DNA of 64,000 nt from Cystobasidiomycetes sp. EMM_F5 (lineage: Eukaryota): positions 124,001 to 188,000 of the forward strand of contig JBPGPT010000022.1 in assembly GCA_051047955.1 (NCBI GenBank). Reading direction: 5' to 3'. The notes beneath the pieces were generated by a model. It saw only the letters and a list, made by a program, of their open reading frames with translations, did not search any database and was not told where the DNA came from. Below are positions 27,999 through 40,175 of this stretch, in pieces. The translations under genes and the position numbers were made by a program. The first letter of the stretch is position 1; every line of letters begins with the position of its first letter.

Positions 27999-29029
27999 CT
28001 AGGCTGCGACTCTCGGTTTGCCTGCTCCACCTGACGTCTTGAACAGCTCGAGGAAGGATGCCTTGGACAGATTTGTCACTGATATGAGCATCGACTATCA
28101 GCATTAGCCATGTCAAGACTCGTTGTAGAGAGTCACTCACGGGCTTCCTGCTTTCCACGACTCCCAAGCATATTTGCCTGTCGCGAGTGTGCGTTTCCAG
28201 ATGCGACGGATATTGATGGGGCGGCAGAGGAAGCGACTGACGCTGCGGGACTGGCTTGCTTGATTGCTCGTTGTGTGCTTGATGCGCTCTCATCGCGCAG
28301 CGCTGAGAGTCTAGGGTGGCTACTGGTGCTTGCCGTGGCAGTGTCTGGCAAAGTCGTCGCTTGTGCCGCCTTGATGGCGTTGAAGAGCCGCACTGTTCCC
28401 TTCTGTGCCAACCTACGCAACTCCTTCTCCTTTTCTGCTCCTCCTGACAGAGTATCGATACCGTCGATATTGCTGGAACTGGCCTTGTTCCACTGCGAGA
28501 ATGGAATCTTTGGTCTGCCTGTCCATCCTGCAATAACATCGGCTACGTGACCGCGTTCCTCTCGCTCATGCCGACTGGCTAGTAGTGCCTTGGCTGCCTT
28601 TCTCTCGAGGGCTTCGCTCGATGGCGGTGGATGAAGAGGTTGCAATGGTTTTGTGACTGGAGGAGCTGCGATGAGGGAGGACAGGAGGGATCCAAACGCA
28701 GTCGAAGGCAGAGCTCTCTTCCTCTCTGCGTCGGTACATCAGCATCAATGCTCATTATCCGGAGTACGCAATGTAACATTGGACCCACTCTTTTTCGGTC
28801 TCGACTGAGCGTCTGCCATTGCCTGTCTGATATCCTCGTCGTCGTCGTCGTCGTCGTTGTCGTCCTCACTGTCCATCCCCTCACTCTCCTCGCCCTCACT
28901 TTCACCGCTCCCCATATCCTCCTCGCTGTCCATATCCTGCACCGTCAAAGTCGCTGCTTCCCGTCGCAGCGGCATGCTCGGTCCTGCTTCTGCAGCAGCG
29001 TTGCAATTATCCAGTGTCCGTTTGGCCAT
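27999..29029 (-). CDS. RRP15: 60S biogenesis protein Rrp15
   Basis: Acidic N-terminus, EKEKELRRLAQKGTVRLFNAIKAAQ and last exon TNLSKASFLELFK; two introns. Confidence 0.85.
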
Positions 29030-29181
29030 ACTTCCAGACTCAAGGCTGCTGTGGTGTTGGAGTATATCAGAGCCGCAAAATTTCAAATCAATCTCAATCT
29101 CCAAAGACGTCAAAGCCGACAACTTGGCCTGGCTTGCTCTCTCTCCGACTGATCTTTGTTTTCGCAGGCTGACTGCAGGAT

Positions 29182-31004
29182 ATGCTCAGCGCCAGTCGAA
29201 TAGCAAGATCCGTTCCAACATGCTGCTGGTGCAACAGACCTGCCGTCGAGACTGCCGCAGCGTCGAAAGCGAGCGCGATACAACGAAGCTATTCCAACAT
29301 TCGGGCTGCTCAGCGCATTCGACGTGACCGCATGATTTCCCGCTACAATGATCCCCACAATCCAGACCGTCGTCAGAAGGGCAGGCCGTCTCCCAGGCAG
29401 AAGGAACAGACTGACAAGCGACTCACAGAACGTCAACCAGACCGTGATCCCTTCCTGCTCGTTTCTTGGCTGAGGAACCAGATACGGATAGGAAACATCA
29501 ACGAAGCGGTAGCCGCTGTTGACCGGGCGCCTGCTTCTGCGCTAAACGCAGCATGCTACAACGTCGTCATTTTCAGCCTTATCAAAGCTGACCGCTACAA
29601 GGATGCCTGGAGATTGTGGATGGACGTGCGTACCTTCCCAGCGTGAAAAAATCGCACCGTCGATCTGATATAACAATTGCATCAATAGATGAAGCGCAGC
29701 GGAGTCATCCCGACGACGCACTCGTACACTGCTTTCTTCACGTCCAATAAAAGGCAGTTTGCAATGGCACCCTCAGCTTGCGAGAATGTAGACAAGGTAT
29801 TCCAGCAGTTTCTCAATCATATACCCAAATTACGAGAGCAAGGTGTGGATGAGCATCACATTTCTATACCCGCCAACGCCTACATGAACCTGGTCACTTG
29901 CACAATGCGCCGTCACGCCGAGTCTGTACTTGGCATCAGCAAAATGCTAGATGCAGCCGGCATTGTCTGGACAGTCGAGACGTACACCATAGTTTTTCAA
30001 TACCTCGCCGACTTTCTCAATACATCCCAAGGACACAAGACACCGCCAGACGATGATCTCGTCCGTATGCTGATGGAACGCATCGAGCGAGCCATCGAAG
30101 CCCACCGGGACAACGTCATCAGAATGGATCAGTTCATGCTAAGTGGTATTGTTAAAGTCTGGCGCCGCTTTGTCTATCTCGAAATACCGGGTTTCAGTGC
30201 AATCGAAGCGATAGAAACACTTGCGGATCTCACTGGCTTGCCCTATAGGCAGGAACACGTTGCAAGTGGACTATATCCCTTGTCGGAGAGGGTTCCCTTG
30301 GATGCTCAGGTCTTGCGAGGCATGATGCTCCTCGCAAACACCGTGAGGACCGTCAACCCCGACCGTTTCAGATATTCTCAGGAATGGATGCGGTGCCTGA
30401 AGAATGCAAACGACCCAGCCATGCAAGGCCTGCTAAACGCGGGACATTGCGAGTCTGCAATGTATGATTCCGTCAACGGTGGTGGCGAGAGTAAGCTGAG
30501 ACATTGCGCCAGGTCTGCTCACAATCAAGGCTGAATGGGCCCTTTGCAGAAATCCTCTCCTGGATGATTCAGTCAGGTCAGGCACAAGTGCGACCAACGG
30601 CACTGACATACCAAGTAGCCATCCGGAACAGCCAGTGGGCGGGAGCGTTACGTATCATGGGCTTCCTGACTGGCAATCACGACATGCAGGCCTCACAGGC
30701 TCCATTCCTGCCAAAGTCGCTTGAAGACGATCCGGAAGTTCAGGCGATGCGCCTGCCTATATCACATGCTACAATCACCGACTTGTTGAAGGTGGCCATG
30801 CGCAAAAGCACGCCACTACACGGCAAAAAGATCATACTCGCCGTGGCTTCTCAATTTCTGAAAACAGAGGCTGCCATTGATCTAGGAGCGGGAGCGGCTG
30901 ACGACAAAGCAAACTTGAAAAGAGTAATGACCGAGGTGAATGACATGGTCAAGCCTACAGATCCAGGCCGACCTACCTCAGAAAAGGAGAATCAGCTTCG
31001 GTGA
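29182..31004 (+). CDS. PPR-containing mitochondrial protein (3' end uncertain)
   Basis: Presequence-like MLSASRIARS; PPR motif CYNVVIFSLIKADRYKDAWRLWMD/MKRSGVIPTTHSYTAFF; further PPR-like repeats; two introns. Confidence 0.75.
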
Positions 31005-31375
31005 CTTAGCAATACGCCTCCGCTTGTGCAACACGCGAGAAACAACGTTCGAGGCTGGGCGATGGCTTAGCAGGTCTGCCAATCTCTTTTCTCCTTGATC
31101 GCTTAACAGCTCCGACAGTGTCGTTCTTCTTCCGCCTGCAACAATTCGCAATACAGAGCATTACAGCCCGTGACAGCGCGAGGCGAACCGATGAATAAGC
31201 CGTACGCTCTGCATCATCATCCCCTCTCCGGAGCCTCCGGCATTGGCTGCACACCGCCAGCAATGAGCGAATCGCGCTTTGTTGTTTCATGCTACCAGAT
31301 CAAGTCTACTTATCAACAACAACGATCCTCCAGCAGAACTAATTCGGACTAGTGACGAGTTCGGACTTCGCTGCC

Positions 31376-34300
31376 TTATGCTGCGTTGTACGCTGGGATT
31401 ACGACATCGGATATTGCCTGCTCAGGAGCTTTCTTGCCAGTCCAGATATGGAACTGGTGATAGCCCTGTTGTAGCAGAAGTTCAATGCCTGTTATGCAAG
31501 TCCAGCCCTTGCTCTCGCCCAGCTGAACTAGCGGCGTTCTGCGTGGCTTATACGACATGTCAACGACAACTCCCGCCGGCTCCTTCTGCAATATGCTGCT
31601 GGGCAAGTATATCGTGTCGGTCAGGCCGGATAAAGACTCCACTGTAGAAATGGTAGTGTAGTCTGCGGGAACGGTCGAGATGATAGCAGATGGTGCTCCA
31701 AGGGGGAATGCTTCGAGAGAGGTCAAAGGAACAATGTTGTAGTCCTTTGGGAATGTGTCGATCACTTTGACGATGTTGGCAGCAGTTCGATTGAAGAGAT
31801 AGATGACTCGGAAACCCATCTTGTGCAGAGAGTAGACTGCTGCGCGGCTGGTACCGCCTGCACCAATCACAAGAGCTGTGTTGTCTCTTCCAGACTTTGT
31901 GTTTGGATCGTTGACAGTAAATGCGATGTTTTTGCTCGTCAAATCGACGATGGCACGCCAGTCCGTATTGTCGCCAGTGAGAGTGCGCTTCCCAGTCGTG
32001 GCGGATACGGACGGAATGACGGTGTTGACTGCCCCGACGAGGCGCGCCTCTTCGGATACGGCATCAAGGAGAGGTATAATATCGAGTTTGAGGGGGATGG
32101 TGACGGAAGCTCCGCCAAAGTCGGGCGAGTTGATCAATTCTTTCAATCGATCGTTGATGACGGGAGTCTCATACTTGTCGTAAAAGTGGGGCAAGCCAAG
32201 CGTCCTGAAGCCGGTGTTATGAATGTTGGGTGATTGCGATAGACCGATGGGCGAACCGAACAGGAAGAACTTCTTTTTCGGAATCTGGCCCATCACTGAC
32301 AGAGCTTGTTGAACCTCAGCATAGGATAATTGCCCAGGGGCAGCCATGCCAGGCAATTTGGGATGCGTGACAGGTGTGAAGACAGGGTTCAATATCCGCG
32401 AAAGCTGGCCTTCGGTACCCCTGTAGATAAAGCAAAGTGATCAATACTTTAAGAGGACGATTGTTAACACAACAACTTACATATTGATGGTCATCAGCGG
32501 AACGTCCTTAGACATCTTCTCCCGGAAAGCCATCATGGCGAAATTATCGCGCATGCTCGATGCTTTCGAAACGATCTTCACAATATCGCCGTGTTTCCTT
32601 GCCAAGGCATACTTCTTGACGATTTCATCTCCATCCCATTTCAGATTGCCCGTCCAATCATGCCATGATGCGATAATCTTGGTGTAGCCTTTGGAATGCA
32701 CCAATGCTTGCGTCCGCCTTTCGTCCCATCCGCACTCCACATCCACAAACTCGCATCCTAGACGGATGCCGAGCTCGAGTAGCTCAAACAGCTCATCTTC
32801 GGCTTCGTCTGGGAAAAAGCCGCCTTGACCGCGTGTGCGGACTGTGAAAACGATTGGTAACTCTGTCGACTCGCGTAACTGAGTAAGCTGCAACGCAACA
32901 TAAGAGGGAGGAGGGCAAGCTGGGGAGGTGACATTCTTGCCATCGGGAGAGAGCAGATCTACGCGAAGTTCGATAGCGTCAACGCCAATCGTAAGCTGGT
33001 CCATGACGGGCAGGGCAGGCGTGATATCGGGGAACGTCAAAGCCAAGAATGCAGTGCGCTGCGAGGACAGGTCGAATGGGAGGGCTTGTTGCCCGGTGAT
33101 GAAGCGGAAGAAGCGCATATGCTCTCTCTCGCTTCCTGCTCTGCGCGATAGTATATGCGCATTGACCGCCGCAGGTGTTGCTCCATGAGAGCGATGCGCG
33201 AAGAAGACGTGACCAGGAATATGAGTCACAATTTCGTAGCTTGAGCATTCCTCAAACCAAGGTTTGCGCCTTTCATAAATCTTTTGCAGCGGTTCGCCGA
33301 GTGATGGACGGGTCTTTTCGCTGTCGAGGTAGTCTACGATCTCATCAATATCGCGAATTACGTTGAGGACTGGCCCTTTCTCCCTCATCCATTGTAGGAG
33401 TAGCTCTCGCGCCTCTGGCATCTCCACCACGCCGCCGCCAAGCGAAATGACATGCCCGGTAGGCTTATTTTCGAGCAATTCCTTGAGTAACGCTAGCTCT
33501 TCGACGCGGAAAGCTGTCCATCCATTCGCCGCCACAAACTCGCCAAGCGGTATCTTCAGCTTGTGAGCTAGTGCTTGGTCTGCATCAATCAGGGTACGCT
33601 TGAGGGCCACTGCGGCTATACGTCCCATATGCGATTTGCCTGCGCCTCGCATGCCTGTGATGAGGATGGTAGAATCTGGATGGTAGCGGATGAGCGGAAC
33701 ACCCAGGCGATGTTGTTGCTGAACGGAATTTTGGTGAGCTGAAAGAGAGGATAACTGAACACCATCACATTTGATGCCCAGCTTGCCATGAAGGTCGTCC
33801 CACCAGCTCGGCCATGTCTTCTCGACACATCGTTTGTCATCCAGGTATGCACCGGGTCCACCGGGCGTCGCAGCCAGCACGCTGAATGCCATTGCAACTC
33901 TATGGTCGTCGTAGCAGTGGACTCGCGGCGCATCGCGAATCAGACCATCGATGGGTTTTCCGAAAATTTCGAGTCCGTCTTCTAGTTCCTTAGTTTCAAT
34001 GTTAAATTTTTTCAGCTGGTCCATCATTGCTTGTATCCGGTTACACTCCTTGACGCGCTGGTTCGCTATCCCGATTATCCGCGTTGAATTGCTGCTCTGC
34101 CCTGGATCGCGCTTACGAGACCCTAAACTGCCGAGCGTCGCAACTGCTGCTAGACACGAGGCAGTTAGGAAAGCATCCGTCATGACTTCCATATCCACTA
34201 CTCCCAGAGCACGAAGGTGGCCCGGCGCAGGACCAGTGACTGTTGTAGACGTAGGGCTCTGGACTACCTTACAGCCCATCGGTTCCAGGACTTCTTTTGC

Positions 34301-36493
34301 GAATTTAGCATCTCCTTGCAATGATGCTGATCCGATATTAGGAATAGTGCATGTCGTTCCTGTAATAGCCGCGATAGCCAGCGGGTAAGTCGCAGATGAG
34401 GCATCGGATTCGACGTCATAGAGTTCCGGATTGGAGTAGGAACCCCGTGGAATGCGATATACATCCAGCTTCTTGCCCGCTTCATCCGTCAAACGCTCCA
34501 CGACAAGACCAAAAGATTTCATCATGGCGATCGTCATGTCGATGTACGGCTGCGAAATCACTTGTCCACCAACGAGCTCGAGGGTCACCTCTTGACGTGC
34601 GTACGGCGCAGCGAGCAAGATAGAGGAGACATATTGCGACGATATGGATGCGGCTAGTTGGATTTTACCGCCCGCAAATCCTGCAGCAGGAATCGAAAGT
34701 GGCAGACAGCCTTCGTTTTCTAGGAATGCGATATCGCAGCCGTTATCGCGAAGAGCAGAGACTAGAGGTCCAATTGGTCGTTCCTTCATCCTGGCATTTC
34801 CAGTGATAATAGTTCTCGCTTTACTACTTGTGCTCGCTTCGGTTGTCGAATTCGAGGTAAGTGCACAGACGGAAGTCAAGAAACGTGCAGCAGTTCCAGC
34901 ATTCCCTAGATAGATTTGCTTTCCATTTGCGGGTGGCGAGAGACGACCGGATCCACCATGCACCACCAGAACTTCTCCATTATCCTCCCATTCAAAAGTC
35001 GCGCCTTGCATGTCCGACAGGGCATTCATCATGACTTGGGTGTCGTCCGAGTGTAACAGGTTGCGTATCCTACAAGTTCCAGATCCTAGTGCAGCCAGAA
35101 CGAGTGCGCGATTCGAGATGCTCTTGCTTCCAGGAGTTGAGAGCGTGACGTGCGAATGTCTGGACGGGCCAGGATGAACACGCATACTGGGCGCAATGAC
35201 GCGAGCAATAACTTGATCCGGGACGACTGTCGCACGCTGTTCAAAGCATTGCCCAATGCTCTTGAGCAAAACTATTCGTTTCTCGCTGCCTGCATTCTTC
35301 TTATCGACCTTCATGACATCGAGCAAGGTGTCGAGAGCCAATCTCGCAGAGCGCGGAGAAGCTTGTATCCGCTTATCTTTGACGGTGATTGGGAGACCGT
35401 ATGCCGCTAGGCATTTGCTCAGTCGAGCTACCGCAGCGTTGGATAGTATTCCCAGAGAGCGCGAAACTTCTGCCTCGAGAACCATTCCTACACTGACGCA
35501 CTCGCCATGCAGGATATCTGGAGTGAGCACGGCTTCGAGAGCATGACCAATGGTATGTCCAAAGTTGACGAGATTCCGCAACCCAGTCTCCTTTTCGTCA
35601 ATGGTGACAATGTGCGATTTAACGGCAATACTGCCTTGAATGACGTGGAGAAGCAGTGCTTGTGCTTCTGTGCGCGATGATAGCGTCCTGCCTGGGTACG
35701 TCCCTGGAGCAGCTTGTGCTGGTAGCAGTACTGCTGATCTCACTTTTTCCACCCCTTGCTCTAGTTTGATGAATTCGTCGAGTGACCATATAGCGGCGGT
35801 CTGAAGAAAAGACCGAGTCAGTGGATGCATGATATGATATAGTGGGGGGTTTATGACTACCTTGACCACCTCTGCCATGCCATTGATAAACTCCCTCTCT
35901 GGAAGGGAGGCGAGAAAGGCGGCGTCGATGAATATGAAGGAGGGCTGATGGAATGCGCCAATGAGGTTTTTCCCGTGTGGAGTATCCACTGCCGTCTTGC
36001 CTCCAACTGCCGAGTCTACCATTGCGAGGAGGGTTGTGGGGATCTGGCAGTAGCGTATTCCCCGCATGAATGTGGCTGCTACGAATCCCGACAAATCTCC
36101 GACTACACCCCCGCCCAGGGCGAGCAGCACTGAATCTCGCGTACATCTCTGCTCTAGCAGCCAGTCTTCAATCTCACCCTTCTGCTCCCTCGACTTTGAC
36201 CCTTCCCCAGGGTTGACCTGGAAGGACAGGAAGCGAGGCTTGGGCGACGGCGGGAAAGAGTGGGAGGTTAGTGCGTCTTCGAATGCCGACTGGAACGCTG
36301 CGAGGTGGAGCCGTGCGATATTCGTGTCGGTTACGAGGACGTAGGTCGACGAGGGCAGCTCTGCGAGGACCGTCTGGACAATGTACGGGACGAGGTGGAA
36401 TCCTAGTCGGATCGAGTCTTGACCGAGGATGGAGAGGGTGCTGATATCGGCAGTGCCTTTGCTGTTGCTCGCCCCGTTCGATAGTGCGACCAT
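31376..36493 (-). CDS. ARO1: Pentafunctional AROM polypeptide (DHQ synthase, EPSP synthase, shikimate kinase, DHQase, shikimate dehydrogenase)
   Basis: [73 protein letters not shown] and GAVNT/GDNTDW. Introns at 35801..35860 and 32421..32480. Confidence 0.98.
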
Positions 36494-36513
36494 GCTGGAT
36501 GTGCTTGTAAATT

Positions 36514-36520
36514 TGAGTCA
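36514..36520. promoter_or_regulatory. Gcn4/CpcA-type site TGA(G/C)TCA upstream of ARO1
   Basis: Exact TGAGTCA (TGACTCA on the ARO1 strand) 21 nt upstream of the ARO1 ATG; amino-acid biosynthesis genes are classic general-control targets. Confidence 0.5.
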
Positions 36521-36752
36521 CCCCGGTCGAGCGGCGGAGATCTGGAGTGCAATCAGGAGGGAGGAGGAGGGGGAGCGAGGGATGATTATCAGATAAGGGA
36601 AGACGGGGAAGCGCGCTGATAAGATTAGATTAGATTGGATGGATGAGATTGGATGGACTCTGATGGTGAGAGAAAGGAGACGGATGATCGACATTTATTA
36701 TCCGACAATGAATGAAACACTCTCCTTCAAGCAGACTAATCTATCAGCAACC

Positions 36753-38487
36753 ATGCTCAGTCACACCTGCCTGCTCCTCATCCTGCTCCTCGCTGGGATA
36801 GCGGCAGACACGTCGACATCGACCAACGATATTCCCACTGCCCAGCTACTCGCAAAGGCCGACGGGCTGCTGTCGAGCGGGCGTGTAACGGAAGCACTCG
36901 ACATGTACGGGCAGGCAGTCGACAGGGAGCCCAGCAGTTTTGTGGGTCGAGATTGGACTGACACGTCGAGAGATGTATTTTCAACTAAGTAGACGTGGTG
37001 GTGACTCGCAGCTCAATATCTACAAACGCGGGACAGCCTACCTCGCTCTGGGACAGGCAAAGAGGGCACTCGACGACTTTGAGGCAGTCCTAGGCATGAC
37101 TGAGCTCGACCAGGTGGGAGAAGACGTCGCAACAATCAGCAACGCACACAGCTGACCCAGCGGTCGCGCTTAGGCCCGTCTCCAAGCGTCCCGCATACAG
37201 CTCAGACTAGGCGCATACGACCAGGCGTCGTCGAGCATCTCCATCTATCTCGACCGCAACAAGGGGGACGCCGGAGCGACCCAACTCAGACAGCACATTG
37301 TCGCCTCGAGAGATGCTCTGCGACAAGCTGAAAGAGCTAGCGACAAGGAGGAATGGGAGTCGTGTGTCAATCTGGCCGACGACGCCCTGCTCCACTCGCC
37401 CTCCAGTACACGCCTACACGAGCTACGCAGTATCTGCAACTCCCACCTCGGCCGAGTAAACGACGCGGCAGGAGACATTACACGTGCAGTATCCATATCT
37501 GCAAACAATCCACTCCTCCTCGTACGCCTCTCCCTCCTCAACTCGCTCTTTCTCGATCAAAGCCCGCAAGCTACGACTCCCCTCAAGCAATGTCTGCATT
37601 TCGACCCAGACGACAGACGGTGCAAAAAGCTATTTCGCACGCTCAAAACTCTGGAAAAGGATCTATCGCGTACCAGAAATTTCATCGAATCGTCACTGTG
37701 GCGAAAAGCGCTAGATGTGTTGGAGCCCAGGGACGGGCCTGGCATGGTTCAGCGGATACAGGATGTTCTCCTCGAATACGGCGACGACTTTGTCCTCCCT
37801 TCTGCGGTTCACTCTGCCTTGTTGACGACCCTCTACGGCTGGACATGCAAAGCGTACGTCCAGCTCGGTTCGATTCGAACGAGCGCAAAGTCGTGCGCGG
37901 CCGTCCTCGAGCGAGATCCAGATAACACAGACGGGCTGATTGGACAGGGCGAGATGCTGCTTAAGGAGGAAAAGTACGAAGAAGCAGTACGAATGCTGTC
38001 AAAGGCTTTTGAAGCGACTGGACGATCGGATCGAGTACTGTTGGAAAAGGTACAGAAGGCGCAGAGGTTGCTCAAGCAGAGCAAGTCGAAAGACTACTAC
38101 AAGGTGCTTGGAGTATCTCGGGACGCAGACGCAGCGACCATCAAGCGGGCATATCGGAAAAAGACAAAGACGGCACATCCCGACAAGGGTGGGTCAGTGG
38201 AAGCTATGACTGCTGTAAATGAGGCGTACGAGGTATTGTCCAAACCCGAGTTGAAAGCGAGGTTTGACAATGGAGAAGATCCTATGGATCCTGCGAATCA
38301 GCAAGGTGGAGGTGGGGGTCATCAACATGGCGGTAATCCATTCTATGGAAGTCCTGGGGATGGAATGGGAGGAGAACAGTTCTTCCAACAATTCTTCCAG
38401 CAAGGTCATGGAAACAATCCGTTTGGTCAGGCAGGAGGTCCGTTTGCAGGAGGCGGTGGTCAGCGATTCAAGTTCAACTTTGGTTGA
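36753..38487 (+). CDS. DNAJC3: ER-lumenal TPR + J-domain co-chaperone (DNAJC3/P58IPK/Jem1-like)
   Basis: Signal peptide MLSHTCLLLILLLAGIAA, TPR repeats, KQCLHFDPD, J domain DYYKVLGV...HPDK...NEAYEVLS and end FKFNFG*. Confidence 0.88.
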
Positions 38488-38827
38488 TGAACTAAGCAAG
38501 TAGGGGAGGTTTGCATGCTCGGTCGGAGCTGGCGAGCAGAAGTGTCAAAAGCATGTAGCATCAGCATCAGTCAGTATTGCATGTCATTATCGACAAAAGT
38601 GGTCTCTTTCGGTCCAAATTTTCCGTCTCTGCTTGTTCAACGGGCTCCAACTAACCCACTCAGCACCACGACTGACTTGCTGCAATAACCGAATTGACTG
38701 CGAATTCGCCTTTCCTGCAGATTACTTGATTTACGCAACGCTGGCCTCTCGCTTGAGGTGCTGGCGGTCATCACTGACGGCCACGAGAAGCTTGCGAGCG
38801 GTATCGTTACTCTCCAAACATCGAAGC

Positions 38828-40071
38828 ATGGCCAACACCGCTGTGAAAGAAGTGTTTCCGGAACCTACTGAACTGCTATGGGTGGACTGCGAGGTGCACA
38901 CAAAGACGCGTTTACACGTTTACAACGTCATTGAAGTGCTTTACTATGCCAGATGACAGGCCTCAACCTGGAGAAGGATGTCATTATCGAGTACATGACA
39001 TGATAGACGGTGAAAGCGTCGCCGGCTGACGTGGTTTGATAGGTTCGCTGCCATCGCGACTGATGGAGATCTACGAGAACTGGATGAAGGCGTACAATGG
39101 GTCATTCACGCCGATAAGAGCATACTCGATGGAATGGACGAATGGTGCTTTACACTTTTCTCCATTGTGCAGCTTGATTCAGAAGGGGTTGACGAGACAG
39201 CAATTCAGGTGTACTAAACAACATGGAGAGGTCTGATAATTGTGGCATAGGCGCATTCAGCTATATGAATGCTGACTTGAGTGGATCCAGTCCGGCCTGA
39301 CGGTTAAAAGTCTGGATTCACCACTGACGTTGCGTGAGCTATAACCACATACGTGTGAAGACCATGGCTGGAGTATGTGACCTTTCACGTTGCTACAGCG
39401 GCGGTGGACGCCATGGCAATATCATACGCAAGGCAGCATATTCCAACTGGACGAATACTACTTGCGGGTTCGTCCGTCCATGTGTAAGTCATTCCGATGT
39501 GTCCACAAACCTATACTGAAGCCGTCCTGTTCCTCAGCGACAAAGCTTTGTGCGCTGCAACTTGCCTTGTTTGTAATCAGATTAGGTACACACTGATGCC
39601 TTCTCGCAGTCTGAAGAAGGACTTTCCGCGACTAAGCGCGCATCTGCATTATCGGCGAGTTGAGTCTGACACCAATCGAGAATATCCTGACGGCTTTCGC
39701 GTGAATACAGCGTCCTTGACGTATCAAGCATCAAGGAAGTCTCTAGACGGTGGTACCCCGAGCTGAGCGGCTTGTGGAAGAGTCAGGGTGAAAGCGCGTG
39801 AGTAAAATTATGCTATCGGATTGGGAGGAGGTAATGAAGTACACTACCAGGCATCGTGCACTGGATGATATCAAGGCGTCTATAGAAGGTGAGGCCGTAG
39901 CTCATTTGCAGATAATCATTGTTAAGTAGGCAGCTACCCACCGCAGAACTGCGGAGATATCGAAAGTATCTCTTCAAGGATCCGTCCGAAGTACAATTTT
40001 CTGCCAGCACTCAAGCAGAATCTGCTGTATCAGATAAGGATGCTGCACAGTCACACAAATCGCAAGTGTAA
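38828..40071 (+). CDS. REX2: Oligoribonuclease (Orn/Rex2, DEDDh exonuclease), many small exons
   Basis: Spliced: LLWVDCE/MTGLNLEKDVIIE/FAAIATDG...MDEW/CTKQHGE/SGLT...LAGSSVHV/DKAF/LKKDFPRLSAHLHYR/VLDVSSIKEVSRRWYP...HRALDDIKASIEE/LRRYRKYLF. Confidence 0.92.
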
Positions 40072-40175
40072 ATACAATAGCATCTGTATCGATATTAGCA
40101 GATTATAATGGTTAGTCTTCAGCCAGCTTGTCGCGGGTCGACTCTGGTCCAATCTGCTTTGCTCGTCGTGAAGCT

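Noticed and set aside
28837..28863. (GTC)n trinucleotide run; also (GATTGT)3 near 14467 and (GTT)n near 14655
   Set aside because: Ordinary poly-Asp and poly-Thr coding tracts or an intronic microsatellite.
40029..40037. Second ATCAGATAA GATA motif
   Set aside because: Falls inside the last coding exon of REX2; a single copy cannot be told from chance.
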